Part shown: positions 19,894-30,281 of the stretch, one piece after another
How positions within the stretch are numbered: the first letter of the stretch is position 1
Layout of the letters: each line of letters starts with the position of its first letter
Assembly (NCBI GenBank): GCA_965248695.1
Contig: CBDFKD010000002.1
Span: 3,584,001-3,648,000 of the forward strand
Direction: 5' to 3'
Source: Acidobacteriota bacterium
GTDB lineage: Bacteria > Acidobacteriota > UBA890 > WLXD01
DNA: 64,000 bases
The notes under the pieces: generated by a model
What the model was told of the DNA's origin: nothing
Seen by the model: the letters and a program-made list of their open reading frames with translations, nothing else
Databases searched by the model: none
Translations under genes and position numbers: made by a program

Positions 19894-22292
19894 TGACCAC
19901 AGCGTCCGCATTGTTGGCTGAGATCCGCGCCGCGCTGAGAGGATTGCGTCGGCGACCCACGACCACGCTGGCCGCCGTGGTCACGCTTGGTCTCGGAATA
20001 GCCGCTGCTGGGTTGGGCGCCGCATCGTTGGAGCAGATGCTGCTGCGGCGGCTTCCCTTTGAAGACCCGGCCAATCTCTTCACCATCTACGAGATGCAGC
20101 GCGGCAGGAATTGGTTCCGAGAGGTGTCGTATCCGGAGCTGCAATCACTTCAGCGCGACATGGCAGATCGTGCGCAGCTCGCTGGTTTCGTTCGCATCTG
20201 GGCCGCGCTCGGCGATGCTGACCACCCGGTGCAAGTTATTGGCGAACTCGTCACTTCCAACTACTTTTCTGTGCTTGGCATCGAGCCGGCCATCGGGCGG
20301 TTCTTTGTTGGTGGCGAAACGGGTAGCGACCTGGTCGTGCTGAGCCACGGTCTGTGGCAGCGCCAGTTTGGCGGGACCGGGAGCGTCGTTGGCCGGCGCG
20401 TTCGACTCGATCAAAGGTCCTTCACGATCATTGGGGTTGCGCCGCCGGGTTTCCATGGTCCCGCGTGGCAACCGGAGTACTGGTTGCCGCTAGAAGCCGG
20501 CAGGCGGGCGCTATGGGGCGACGACACCGATCTACAAGACCGATCGGCGCACTGGCTGCAAACGATCGGCCGACTTACGGGGCGCGCTGGCCGGGGTGTT
20601 CTCGCGCGACAGATCGTCGGTGCCGTGAATCACCCGGAAGAGGACGAAGGCTCCGGTACATGGGCAATGGAGATGTTGCCAGCGCGTCAGCTGCGGTTCT
20701 TCCCCGCGTACCGCACCGCAGTTATCCGCATCGTTGGCGGATTCGAGATCTTGGCACTACTCGTACTCGTTACCGCGGCGGCGAATCTGTCAACGATGAT
20801 GATCGCGCAAGGTCAGGCGCGCACCGCTGAGATGGCCGTCCGTCGGGCGCTCGGTGCTCGGCGCTCCCAGCTCGCGCGCCGAATCGCCGTCGAAGTTGGA
20901 TGTATTGGAGTAGCCGGAGCACTAACCGGGCTGATGCTGATGGGAGTCGCAAGTCCGCTTGTCTCTGGCTTGCCGCTCACCGTCCCCGTCCGGCTCGGGC
21001 TGTCGTTCGATTCTGTTGCGGTAGCACTTGCGACGCTCGCCGGACTGGGTGGATGCCTCCTTATCGGGTTGATAGTCGGCGTCGTGGAGCTTCGAGGGCT
21101 CGATTTCAGACAAGCGCACGGACCCGGTAACACGCGGGCACGCGTAACGAATACGCTCGTCGCCTTTCAGGTGGCCGGCTCGACCATCCTGCTGGTTGCA
21201 ATGAGCTTGCTGGTTCGCAGCGCCTGGAACACGTCTAACATCGATCTCGGCTTCCGGACCGCGGGTATCATTTCCGCGAGCATCTCGCTCGACGCCAACG
21301 CCTATGACGAACGTGCCGGCAGCGAATTCTATGCCAGGCTACGGAACGAGCTCGTGCGGCACCCGCTCATCAACGACGCCGCAATTACGTCTCAGCTGCC
21401 GCTGCGATTCGTTCGCTCGAACGTCGAGGTCAAGCCGATCGACTCAGCTGCACAGGCAATCGATGCCCGATTGGCCGGCGTGTCTCCTGGACTCTTGGAG
21501 CTCCTGGAGGTTCCGATACTGGCCGGTCGGTCGATAGCCGACTCGGATGCGATTGACAGTGGTCGCGTCGCAGTAATCAACGAGACGTTGAACCATAGGC
21601 TGGGTGGCAACACGGTTGGAACGGAGGTTCAACTGTCCGGGGAATCGCGACCGCGCACCGTCGTTGGAGTTGTCGCCGACAGCAAGTACAACGCACTAAC
21701 AGAGACAGCTATCCCGTTTGTCCACGTTCCACTCCAGCAACAGTATTGGCCCGAGCCGAGCATCCTGCTGATCGGACGGGGCGTCGAACCGTTGGCGGCC
21801 ATGCCCATATTGCGCGATGTGCTAGCTCGCCTCGATCCGCTGGTTCCGCTCGAAGATCCCACGCCTTTGACCGCGCTGCACGATAGAGCCGGCGCCGAAT
21901 CACGTGCCAACGCGGCGATCTCCAGCACACTCGCGGCTATCGGCTTGCTGCTTGCCGTCACTGGTCTGTACGGAATGATGGCGCACTCGCTGGCAACTCG
22001 GCGCCGTGAGATCGCGATCCGGTCGGCGGTAGGCGCCACCCCCGGTGCCCTGCGACGGGAGGCGCTGGTTACGCCCGCCCGCCCGATGCTCGTCGGCATC
22101 AGCCTTGGGCTACTCGGTGCCTACCTTGCGGCGGGGGCTCTGGCAACATCATTAGTTGGTGTACAGGTGCACGAACTATCGAACTTTGCGACCCCCGCGA
22201 TAGTCATCGTAGCTGCTTCACTGGGCGTGGCGTGGTTCCCGGCCGGTCGGGCCTCGAGACAGCCGCCGGCACAGGTCCTGCGCGCCGAATAG
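19893..22292 (+). CDS. ADOP-type duplicated MacB/FtsX ABC permease
   Basis: Two MacB/FtsX halves (RTAEMAVRRALGA; RRREIAIRSAVGA); no ATPase gene adjacent. Confidence 0.9.
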   Translation: MTTASALLAEIRAALRGLRRRPTTTLAAVVTLGLGIAAAGLGAASLEQMLLRRLPFEDPANLFTIYEMQRGRNWFREVSYPELQSLQRDMADRAQLAGFVRIWAALGDADHPVQVIGELVTSNYFSVLGIEPAIGRFFVGGETGSDLVVLSHGLWQRQFGGTGSVVGRRVRLDQRSFTIIGVAPPGFHGPAWQPEYWLPLEAGRRALWGDDTDLQDRSAHWLQTIGRLTGRAGRGVLARQIVGAVNHPEEDEGSGTWAMEMLPARQLRFFPAYRTAVIRIVGGFEILALLVLVTAAANLSTMMIAQGQARTAEMAVRRALGARRSQLARRIAVEVGCIGVAGALTGLMLMGVASPLVSGLPLTVPVRLGLSFDSVAVALATLAGLGGCLLIGLIVGVVELRGLDFRQAHGPGNTRARVTNTLVAFQVAGSTILLVAMSLLVRSAWNTSNIDLGFRTAGIISASISLDANAYDERAGSEFYARLRNELVRHPLINDAAITSQLPLRFVRSNVEVKPIDSAAQAIDARLAGVSPGLLELLEVPILAGRSIADSDAIDSGRVAVINETLNHRLGGNTVGTEVQLSGESRPRTVVGVVADSKYNALTETAIPFVHVPLQQQYWPEPSILLIGRGVEPLAAMPILRDVLARLDPLVPLEDPTPLTALHDRAGAESRANAAISSTLAAIGLLLAVTGLYGMMAHSLATRRREIAIRSAVGATPGALRREALVTPARPMLVGISLGLLGAYLAAGALATSLVGVQVHELSNFATPAIVIVAASLGVAWFPAGRASRQPPAQVLRAE

Positions 22293-22335
22293 TCCCCCAC
22301 TCCCGAACCAGACAGCTCGGATCGTCTCGCCGGAC

Positions 22336-22408
22336 GGCACTGTCAAGTTAGCCGCGCGACGCTCGGCTTCGGACAAGCTCTGCATCGCGTCCTCAACTTG
22401 ATAGTGCC
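22336..22408. mobile_element. 73-bp MITE-like element with IS6-type inverted repeats
   Basis: GGCACTGTCAAGTT ... AACTTGATAGTGCC (13/14 match); no target duplication seen. Confidence 0.55.
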
Positions 22409-22479
22409 GTTCGCGGAGCCGCAGACGAGCTGGTACGGCCTGTCGCGCTACTGGCGCGACGGCCGGAACCCGAGGCTGG

Positions 22480-22659
22480 TTAGCGACCAGACGGAGCGCT
22501 CAGCGTTGTCGCGAGCAGGGGTTCGACGCTAATGCTGGCCGTTCCTAGCTGCCAGACGAGCTCCTCGAGCGCGCTGGCGCGGTCCGGACCGAGCAGCACA
22601 TCGGCGCATTCCCGTTATTTGGCGGAGATCTCGACGTCGCTGAGCGGCGCGTCGTCCTC
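22480..22659 (-). pseudogene. 3' remnant of an MmgE/PrpD-family gene
   Basis: APLSDVEISAK*RECADVLLGPDRASALEELVWQL, with in-frame stop. Confidence 0.6.
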
Positions 22660-22694
22660 AAGTCAGGATCTCCCGTTGGAACGCGCGCCCGGTA

Positions 22695-22800
22695 GCGATA
22701 CGCTTTCCGCGCTCCCCCACCCGTCTTTGGTACCGCCATGGAACCCGGCACCAAACTAGGCTCCTGCGAGATCACGTTATTGGCCGGGCTCAGGCCGTGA
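22695..22800 (+). pseudogene. 5' stub of a Ser/Thr kinase gene with its upstream region
   Basis: ATG 22738 MEPGTKLGSCEIT; upstream DNA aligns with 51854-51893 (rc); stop overlaps patatin start (GTGA). Confidence 0.7.
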
Positions 22801-25031
22801 CCGCAAGGGGTTTCCGCCGCGCGCTCCGACGGGGCCTCTACCTTGTGCAGTACCTGTACTTCCAGCGCTTTCCACTCGCGTTCCTGTTGCTGCTGTGGAC
22901 CATCTCGATTGGCGCGTTGCGGGGCAACTCCGTGCTGTCTGGCTGTCTCGAGACGGTCTCGCCGCGGGCGACGAGCTTTCTCGCCGCCACGGCGCTGTTC
23001 CTGTCGTGGCTGATCGTCTCGGCGTTCTTCCTGACATGGCGGCACGGCGAGGCGCGCTTCGGTGTCCGCTTGCTCTGGCACCCGTTCGCCGGAGCGGCCG
23101 GGCGCTTGCGATTGCTGCCGGCCGCGTTCGTGGCGGCCTTGCCGCTATGGGCGATCTTTGCAAGCCGCCATCACGAGCTGACTGCGACCGTCGCCGGCCT
23201 CGCCATTGCCGCGGCCGTCATTGTGGTTTTTGGCACTTTGTCGTTCCTCGACGAGCTGCTCAGTCTGACGAGGTCCCCGGCACGGCGCATCGCGAAACAC
23301 CTCCGACTCCCTCGGCCAATCGAGTGGGTCACCGCAACCACCGGGTGGTTAGCGCGGTTCCTTGGCCCTGGGTACTGGGAACCAGGCAGCCCCGGCCGGA
23401 TCGCCGAGGGTCAGGCCCGTGCGGTCGTCGGATTCGTTGCCCTGGCTGTTCTCTACATCTCGGTGTACCTCGTCTGGCAGGCGGGCCCGCCGGTCGAGGG
23501 CGAGCCCGCGGGCGCCTTCCTGCTGCTGTTCCTGTCGCTCCTGCTGTCTGGCCTTGCCGGGGCCGCGTTTCTGCTCGACCGCTATCGCGTCCCGGTTCTC
23601 CTGAGCAGCCTCGCAGTGCTCATCCTGCTGTATGGCGCCAACGGCGCCGATCACTACTTCGAGGTCGAGGTCATTCCCCCGGACGAGCGGCTCGAGCCGG
23701 TGAGTATCCCGACCGCAGTGAGGGCGCGCCTGCGCGCGACGGCTGAGGGTCGCGCCGAGAGCGCACGCCCAGTCCTGGTCGTGGCCACGGTCAGCGGTGG
23801 TGGGATCCAGGCGACGGCCTGGGCCGGGCGCGTGCTGACCAGTCTCGAGGAGGCGACCGCTGCCGACGCGATTCTGGCAGAGCGAGGGATCCTTTTCCTG
23901 GAGTCGCTGCAGCTGATCAGCTCCGTTTCAGGTGGCAGCGTCGGCGCGCTGGAGTTGCTCGCTGCGATGCAGCAGCACGGCCCCTCGGGTCCATGGGCAA
24001 CCGAGGAGCTGGCGCGAATCCGTCGAGCCACGAAGCAGTCCAGCCTGGCGGCCCTAGGATGGGCCATCGTGTACCCGGAGTTCTTGCGCGTTCTCCTGCC
24101 GGGGTACGACTCGCGCAAGGACCGCGGCTGGGCGCTCGAGCGCGCCTGGTCGCGCACACTCCGACAGGTACTCGGCGTCGACCGACACCTCTATCGCGCC
24201 AACTGGGCCCGCGAGGTTAACGCTGGACGGCTACCGGGAATGGTCTTCAATTCCACCATTGTAGAGACCGGCTCGCCGTTGTTTCTCACCCCGCTGGCCA
24301 CCGACGACATGGCTGATGGATACCCCGACTTCGGCATTCGACAGCTTCTCGTGGACCCCGACGCGGAAACGTCTGGGTTCCTCGACATCGACATGGTGCA
24401 AGCGGCGCGGCTGTCGTCGAGCTTCCCCTATCTCGGCCCACCGGCCGCTCCTCGCTGCGTCGCCGGCCCGTGCCCGGCCTTCGGCGCGTATCACGTAGTG
24501 GACGGTGGGTATTTCGACAACTACGGGATCACGGCGGCGGTCGCCTGGCTTCAGGAGCTGCGCGCGGCCGTCGACTTCGACATAGGCCACGCCTTCGGAG
24601 CGGTGGCGATTGTCGAGATCAAGGCGTTACCCGAGCCGGTTCCGCGCGCCCCGATACCGACGCGGTGGACCGGAATCTACACCGAGCTTCTCGGCCCCGC
24701 GATCGCCATGGTGAACATGCGCCGCACCTCACAGACGGTTCGCGACGACATCGAGGTGAAAAGCCTGTGCGCGATCCTCGAGCAGGGCGGCGAACGCGAC
24801 GCCGTGCCCTGTGAGCAGTTCGTGTTCCAGCCGCCGCCCGACGTCCGGCCACCGGTATCGTGGCATCTGCGCGCCGAGGACGCGGCGGCAATCGACAGTT
24901 CGTGGGAGCGGATCGCGCAACCCGCCTCCGATGACGCCGAGTCGAGTCTCGCTCGGTTGCTCGCCTACATGCGTGCCCACTCGGCTCCGCTGCCGCCGGG
25001 AGCCGCGACCGACCAGCCGGCAGGAAGGTAG
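22797..25031 (+). CDS. Membrane-anchored patatin-like phospholipase
   Basis: Multi-TM N-terminus; SGGG, SVSGGS, VDGGYFDN. Confidence 0.9.
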   Translation: MTARGFRRALRRGLYLVQYLYFQRFPLAFLLLLWTISIGALRGNSVLSGCLETVSPRATSFLAATALFLSWLIVSAFFLTWRHGEARFGVRLLWHPFAGAAGRLRLLPAAFVAALPLWAIFASRHHELTATVAGLAIAAAVIVVFGTLSFLDELLSLTRSPARRIAKHLRLPRPIEWVTATTGWLARFLGPGYWEPGSPGRIAEGQARAVVGFVALAVLYISVYLVWQAGPPVEGEPAGAFLLLFLSLLLSGLAGAAFLLDRYRVPVLLSSLAVLILLYGANGADHYFEVEVIPPDERLEPVSIPTAVRARLRATAEGRAESARPVLVVATVSGGGIQATAWAGRVLTSLEEATAADAILAERGILFLESLQLISSVSGGSVGALELLAAMQQHGPSGPWATEELARIRRATKQSSLAALGWAIVYPEFLRVLLPGYDSRKDRGWALERAWSRTLRQVLGVDRHLYRANWAREVNAGRLPGMVFNSTIVETGSPLFLTPLATDDMADGYPDFGIRQLLVDPDAETSGFLDIDMVQAARLSSSFPYLGPPAAPRCVAGPCPAFGAYHVVDGGYFDNYGITAAVAWLQELRAAVDFDIGHAFGAVAIVEIKALPEPVPRAPIPTRWTGIYTELLGPAIAMVNMRRTSQTVRDDIEVKSLCAILEQGGERDAVPCEQFVFQPPPDVRPPVSWHLRAEDAAAIDSSWERIAQPASDDAESSLARLLAYMRAHSAPLPPGAATDQPAGR

Positions 25032-25041
25032 GCCGGTGATC

Positions 25042-25089
25042 ATGGAGCCCGGTACCCGACTGGCGGCGGATTCGATTCTGGGCGTTTGA
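25042..25089 (+). pseudogene. 5' stub of a Ser/Thr kinase gene
   Basis: MEPGTRLAADSILGV*, parallels the stub at 22738; short. Confidence 0.55.
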
Positions 25090-25165
25090 CGTTCACTAAT
25101 TGCGACTGTATCCACTATTCAGTCTTGATCCAGCAAGAATGCGTTGCGCCACAAGGACCAGATCC

Positions 25166-26473
25166 ATGACACTCGACTATATGCCAGGTTTCGGCAACGA
25201 TTTTGAAACCGAAGCGCTGCCGGACGCCCTGCCACAGGGGCAGAACAGCCCGCAGAAGTGCAACTACGGGCTTTATGCAGAACAGCTGTCAGGATCGCCG
25301 TTTACGGCGCCGCGCGGCACCAATGAACGCTCCTGGCTATACCGGATCAGGCCGAGCGTCCGGCACACCGGACGTTTCGAGTGCATTGAGTTTCCGCTGT
25401 GGCGTTCTGCACCGGCAAATCACGAAATCGAACTGCCGCTGCAACAGATGCGCTGGGATCCGTTGCCAATTCCCGATGAGCCGACCGACCTGCTGGGCGG
25501 CATCCGCACCATGTCGACGGCCGGCGATGTGATGACCCAGGTGGGCATGGCGGCACATGTCTATGCCTTCAACGCGGGCATGGAAGACGATTATTTCTTC
25601 AATGCCGATGGTGAATTGCTGTTCGTGCCGCAAGCAGGCGGCATTGTGATCTTTACCGAAATGGGCAAGATGGACGTTTCACCGGGCGAACTCTGCGTCG
25701 TGCCGCGCGGCATGCTGTTCAAGGCACAGTTGCTCGACGGACCGGCACGCGGCTACATCTGCGAAAATTACGGGGCGAAGTTCGCCCTGCCCGACCGCGG
25801 GCCGATCGGCGCCAACTGCCTCGCCAATCCGCGCGACTTCAAGACGCCGGTGGCGGCCTTTGAAGACAAGCAGACGCGCTGCCGGGTCAGCATCAAATGG
25901 TGTGGCAGATTTTACGTGACCGAAATCGACCATTCGCCGCTCGATGTGGTCGCCTGGCACGGCAACTACTCGCCCTACAAGTATGATCTGGCAACGTTTT
26001 CGCCGGTCGGCGCCATTCTGTTTGATCACCCGGATCCGTCGATATTCACCGTGCTCACGGCACCGTCAGAAGAAACGGGCACGGCAAACATAGACTTCGT
26101 GATCTTTCCGCCGCGCTGGCTGGTTGCCGAGCATACGTTCCGCCCGCCCTGGTATCACCGCAACATCATGAGTGAATTCATGGGGCTGGTGTGCGGACAG
26201 TACGATGCGAAAGCAGAAGGTTTCGTGCCCGGCGGCATTAGCCTGCATAACATGATGCTGCCGCATGGGCCGGATCATATGGGGTTCGAGAAAGCCTCAC
26301 ACACCGATCTGAAACCGCACAAGCTGGACGATACGCTAGCCTTCATGTTCGAGACCCGATTTCCCCAGCATGTGACGGCGTTCGCCGCCTCGCTCGACAC
26401 GCTGCAGGACGACTACATCGAATGCTGGACCGGCCTCGAGCGTAAGTTTGACGGTACCAAGGACCCGAAGTAG
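25166..26473 (+). CDS. hmgA: Homogentisate 1,2-dioxygenase
   Basis: [46 protein letters not shown]. Confidence 0.98.
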   Translation: MTLDYMPGFGNDFETEALPDALPQGQNSPQKCNYGLYAEQLSGSPFTAPRGTNERSWLYRIRPSVRHTGRFECIEFPLWRSAPANHEIELPLQQMRWDPLPIPDEPTDLLGGIRTMSTAGDVMTQVGMAAHVYAFNAGMEDDYFFNADGELLFVPQAGGIVIFTEMGKMDVSPGELCVVPRGMLFKAQLLDGPARGYICENYGAKFALPDRGPIGANCLANPRDFKTPVAAFEDKQTRCRVSIKWCGRFYVTEIDHSPLDVVAWHGNYSPYKYDLATFSPVGAILFDHPDPSIFTVLTAPSEETGTANIDFVIFPPRWLVAEHTFRPPWYHRNIMSEFMGLVCGQYDAKAEGFVPGGISLHNMMLPHGPDHMGFEKASHTDLKPHKLDDTLAFMFETRFPQHVTAFAASLDTLQDDYIECWTGLERKFDGTKDPK

Positions 26474-26508
26474 TCGATGCCTTCCCGAAATCGGAGCACC
26501 TCTGAACA

Positions 26509-27522
26509 ATGAAGCTGGCGACGCTGAGAGATGGGACGCGCGACGGGCAGCTCGTTGTCGTCTCCAGGGATCTGTCAAGGTATCTGCCGGCCGACTCGGT
26601 GGCCGGCACCATGCGCGCGGCACTCGACGACTGGGACCGGTTTGAGCCGCAGCTCCAGGTGATCTCTGATCAGCTTGCGCCGGAGACCGGCAACGGCGAT
26701 GCGTTCGATGCCGCCGGTTGCATGGCACCTTTGCCGAGGGCCAGCCAGTGGGCCGACGGGTCAGCCTATGTCAATCACGTGGAACTGGTCAGAAAGGCGC
26801 GTGGCGCCGAAATCCCGGCCAGCTTCTGGGTGGACCCACTGATGTATATGGGCGCACCGGATGCCATGCTCGGGCCGCACGACGACATTGCGGTTGCCAA
26901 CGAGGACTGGGGTATCGACATGGAGGCCGAAGTCGCCGTCGTCGTCGACGACCTGCCGCAGGGCATCAGCCCTGATGAGGCCGCGTCCAAGATCAAGCTG
27001 ATCATGATCCTCAACGACGTGTCCTATCGAAATCTCATCGCGGCAGAGCTCAGCAAGGGATTCGGTTTTTTTCAGTCGAAAGGTGCAACGGCGTTTTCGC
27101 CGGTTGCGGCCACGCCGGACGAACTGGGTGCTGCCTGGCATGACGGCATGGTGCATCGCCAAATGCTCGTGTCTTATAACGACGAACCGTTCGGCAAGGC
27201 GGACGCCGACGTCGACATGACGTTCAATTTTCCAAGGCTCGTTTCGCATGCGGCGCGAACCCGCGATGTGCAGGCCGGCGCGATCATCGGTTCGGGGACG
27301 ATTTCAAACAAGGATGTTGACGGTACGCCCGGCAAACCGATTGCTGAAGGCGGCAAGGGCTATTCGTGTATTGCCGAAATCCGGATGATTGAGACGATCA
27401 GCGACGGGGCGCCGAAAACCGAGTTCATGAAGTTCGGCGACACAGTGCGCATTGACATGCAGGATGACGACGGCAACTCCATCTTCGGCGTGATTGATCA
27501 GACGGTGGTACGAGATGGCTAA
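26509..27522 (+). CDS. Fumarylacetoacetate hydrolase family protein
   Basis: MKLATLRDGTRDG, WADGSAY, DMEAE, GFGFFQSK, GSGTISN. Confidence 0.93.
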   Translation: MKLATLRDGTRDGQLVVVSRDLSRYLPADSVAGTMRAALDDWDRFEPQLQVISDQLAPETGNGDAFDAAGCMAPLPRASQWADGSAYVNHVELVRKARGAEIPASFWVDPLMYMGAPDAMLGPHDDIAVANEDWGIDMEAEVAVVVDDLPQGISPDEAASKIKLIMILNDVSYRNLIAAELSKGFGFFQSKGATAFSPVAATPDELGAAWHDGMVHRQMLVSYNDEPFGKADADVDMTFNFPRLVSHAARTRDVQAGAIIGSGTISNKDVDGTPGKPIAEGGKGYSCIAEIRMIETISDGAPKTEFMKFGDTVRIDMQDDDGNSIFGVIDQTVVRDG

Positions 27523-28465
27523 GGCATTTGCCTCCAGGGGCGACCTGACGGACAAGAAGATCAGCTTCACCGAGGTCGGTGAGGGCCTGTGGGCATTCAC
27601 GGCCGAGGGCGATCCTAATACCGGCGTCATCATTGACGATGACAGTGTGATGATCATTGATGCCCAGGCCACGCCAAGGCTGGCCCATATGGTGATCGAA
27701 AACATTCGCACGGTCACCGACAAACCGATCAAGCATGTGGTGCTGTCGCACTATCACGCGGTGCGGGTGCTTGGTGCGTCCGCTTATGAGGCATCGGAGA
27801 TCATCATGTCGGAGATGGCCCGCGCCATGGTGGTCGAACGGGGTCAGGAAGACTGGGATTCGGAGTTCGAGCGGTTTCCGCGCCTGTTCCAGGGCCATGA
27901 GAGCATTCCCGGGCTGACCTGGCCGAGCCAGACCTTCAACAACCGCATGACGGTCTATCTCGGCAAACGCCGGGTCGATCTGATGTTCCTTGGCCGGGCC
28001 CATACGGCCGGTGACATCGTCGCCTATGTGCCGGAACAGAATGTCATGTTTACCGGTGACATCGTCGAGTACAAATCGGCGTGTTATTGCGGCGACGGGT
28101 ATTTTCATGATTGGCCAAGAACGCTCGAGGCGGTGCGCGCCTGGGGCGTTGATGCGATCGCGCCGGGCCGCGGCGATGCGCTGGTCGGCAAGGACTTGGT
28201 GAACGAGGCGCTGGAGCTCACCGAAGACTTCATCCAGTCGACCTATCGCCCGGTAGCGAAGGTGGCGCTTGGAGGCGGTTCGCTGAAGGACGCCTGGGAT
28301 GCCTGCCGGGCCGAGTGCGATGCAAAATTCGCCGACTACGCAATCTACGAGCACTGCCTGCCGTTCAATGTCTCCCGGGCCTATGACGAAGCGCGGGATG
28401 TTGAGACCCCACGCATCTGGACCGCGGCGCGCGACAAGGAGATGTGGGAGGCACTGCAGGGCTGA
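27515..28465 (+). CDS. MBL-fold metallo-hydrolase
   Basis: IIDAQ, SHYHAVR, GRAHTAGD, FTGD, PGRG. Confidence 0.9.
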   Translation: MAKAFASRGDLTDKKISFTEVGEGLWAFTAEGDPNTGVIIDDDSVMIIDAQATPRLAHMVIENIRTVTDKPIKHVVLSHYHAVRVLGASAYEASEIIMSEMARAMVVERGQEDWDSEFERFPRLFQGHESIPGLTWPSQTFNNRMTVYLGKRRVDLMFLGRAHTAGDIVAYVPEQNVMFTGDIVEYKSACYCGDGYFHDWPRTLEAVRAWGVDAIAPGRGDALVGKDLVNEALELTEDFIQSTYRPVAKVALGGGSLKDAWDACRAECDAKFADYAIYEHCLPFNVSRAYDEARDVETPRIWTAARDKEMWEALQG

Positions 28466-28468
28466 ACG

Positions 28469-30073
28469 ATGCCACGTTACGACTACCAGCCGTTTGACTA
28501 TGTAACGCCGCCGGAGCTTGTGTCCGGCCGTGCCGCGCCGGAGCGTTATCAGGTGGTCATTGTCGGTGCGGGGCCGATCGGACTCGCGCTGGCGATCGAT
28601 CTGGCCCTGCAGGACATTCCGTCGGTTGTTCTGGATGACAACAATGTCGTTTCAGTCGGGTCGCGGGCGATCTGCTGGGCGAAACGGACGCTGGAGATCT
28701 TCGACCGTCTCGGTGTCGGCGACCGGATGGTTGACAAAGGGATCACTTGGAAAGTCGGCCGTCTGTTTCATGGCGACGAAGAAGTCTATTCCTTCGACCT
28801 GTTGCCGGAAGACGGCCACAAGATGCCGGCGTTCATCAACCTGCAGCAATACTATGTCGAGCAGTATCTGGTCGAGCGGTGCGGTGACTTTCCCGATCTG
28901 ATCGATCTGCGCTTCAAGAATGAAGTCACGGGAGTTGAGCAAGACTCTGGCGGCGCACGGGCGAGCGTTGAAACTCCGGACGGCAGCTATGTGATCGAGG
29001 CCGACTACCTGCTCGCCTGCGATGGCGTCAACTCTGCGATCCGGCGGGCCATGGGGCTGGAATTCCGCGGCCAGTTGTTTGAGGAACGTTTTCTGATCAC
29101 TGACGTGGAAATGAAAGCCGACTTTCCCTCCGAACGCTGGTTCTGGTTCGAGCCAACGTTTCATCCGGGCCAGTCGGCGTTGCTGCACAAGCAGCCGGAC
29201 AGTATCTACCGCGTCGATCTGCAGCTCGGCCGGGATGCCGACCCGGAGGAAGAAAAGAAACCGGAAAACGTCGTCCCGCGCATCAAGAAGGCGCTCGGCA
29301 ACCGACCGTTCGAGATCGACTGGGTGTCAGTCTACACGTTTCAGTGCAGCCGCATCGATCGATTCGTGCATGACCGCGTAATCTTCGTCGGCGACAGCGC
29401 CCACGTCGTCTCGCCGTTCGGTGCGCGTGGCGGCAATGGCGGCATTCAGGACGTAGACAATCTGGGTTGGAAACTCGCTGCTGTCCTGAACGGTGAAGCT
29501 TCGGAGAACCTGTTGGAAAGTTACAACGTCGAGCGTACCCACGGGGCGGACGAGAACATCAAGAACTCGGCGCGGGCGACCAGTTTCATGTCACCGAAAT
29601 CCGACATGGAGATGATCTTCCGCAACGAAGTGCTGAATCTGGCCGGCGATCTTGCTTTCGCCCGCAAACTGATCAATTCCGGGCGGTTGTCTGAGCCGTG
29701 TTCCCTGGCGGGGTCCGAGCTCATTACAGTCTCAGATGACACGCCGGTGACACCTGGATCGGCAGCGCTCGATGCGCCATTGAGATCAGGTGCCAACGAT
29801 GAGTGGCTCTTGAGCCGGATTGGCGGCGAGTTCGTGCTCGCCTCATTCGGTGAGGCACCGGACCTCGGCATCGATGATCTCAGGCACATTCGCATCTCAT
29901 CGGAGTGCTCGCACGATCCGGACGATCTGTCAGATGTTACCGGCCTGGCGATGAAGCGCTATGGCAATGGATACAGTTATCTGTTCCGGCCGGACCAGCA
30001 TGTGGCTGCGGTCTTCACCAACCCGACTGCCGAGGCCATCCAGGCGGCCCGAGACAAGGCAATGGCGAACTGA
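28469..30073 (+). CDS. FAD-dependent aromatic monooxygenase (MhaA-like hydroxyphenylacetate hydroxylase candidate)
   Basis: GAGPIG, ACDG, GDSAH..SPFGARGGNGG, RPDQHV; context in hmg cluster. Confidence 0.88.
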   Translation: MPRYDYQPFDYVTPPELVSGRAAPERYQVVIVGAGPIGLALAIDLALQDIPSVVLDDNNVVSVGSRAICWAKRTLEIFDRLGVGDRMVDKGITWKVGRLFHGDEEVYSFDLLPEDGHKMPAFINLQQYYVEQYLVERCGDFPDLIDLRFKNEVTGVEQDSGGARASVETPDGSYVIEADYLLACDGVNSAIRRAMGLEFRGQLFEERFLITDVEMKADFPSERWFWFEPTFHPGQSALLHKQPDSIYRVDLQLGRDADPEEEKKPENVVPRIKKALGNRPFEIDWVSVYTFQCSRIDRFVHDRVIFVGDSAHVVSPFGARGGNGGIQDVDNLGWKLAAVLNGEASENLLESYNVERTHGADENIKNSARATSFMSPKSDMEMIFRNEVLNLAGDLAFARKLINSGRLSEPCSLAGSELITVSDDTPVTPGSAALDAPLRSGANDEWLLSRIGGEFVLASFGEAPDLGIDDLRHIRISSECSHDPDDLSDVTGLAMKRYGNGYSYLFRPDQHVAAVFTNPTAEAIQAARDKAMAN

Positions 30074-30075
30074 TC

Positions 30076-30279
30076 ATGGCTGGTGACACCGACGAATTGG
30101 GTGCCGATAATCTGGGCGCGGCGGGCGACGATTTCTACCAAGAGCTGATGGAGGTCCACGAGGGCCTCAGCCTTGAGCAGTCGGCAAAACTCAATGCACG
30201 GTTGGTGTTGCTCTTGGCCAATCAGGTAGGCGATCTGGAATTGCTTACAGCTGCCTTGAAGAAGGCCGGGGCGTCGTGA
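30076..30279 (+). CDS. DUF2783 small protein (MhaB-like coupling protein candidate)
   Basis: DDFYQELMEVHEGLS.EQS.KLNARLVLLLANQVGD. Confidence 0.88.
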   Translation: MAGDTDELGADNLGAAGDDFYQELMEVHEGLSLEQSAKLNARLVLLLANQVGDLELLTAALKKAGAS

Positions 30280-30281
30280 CC

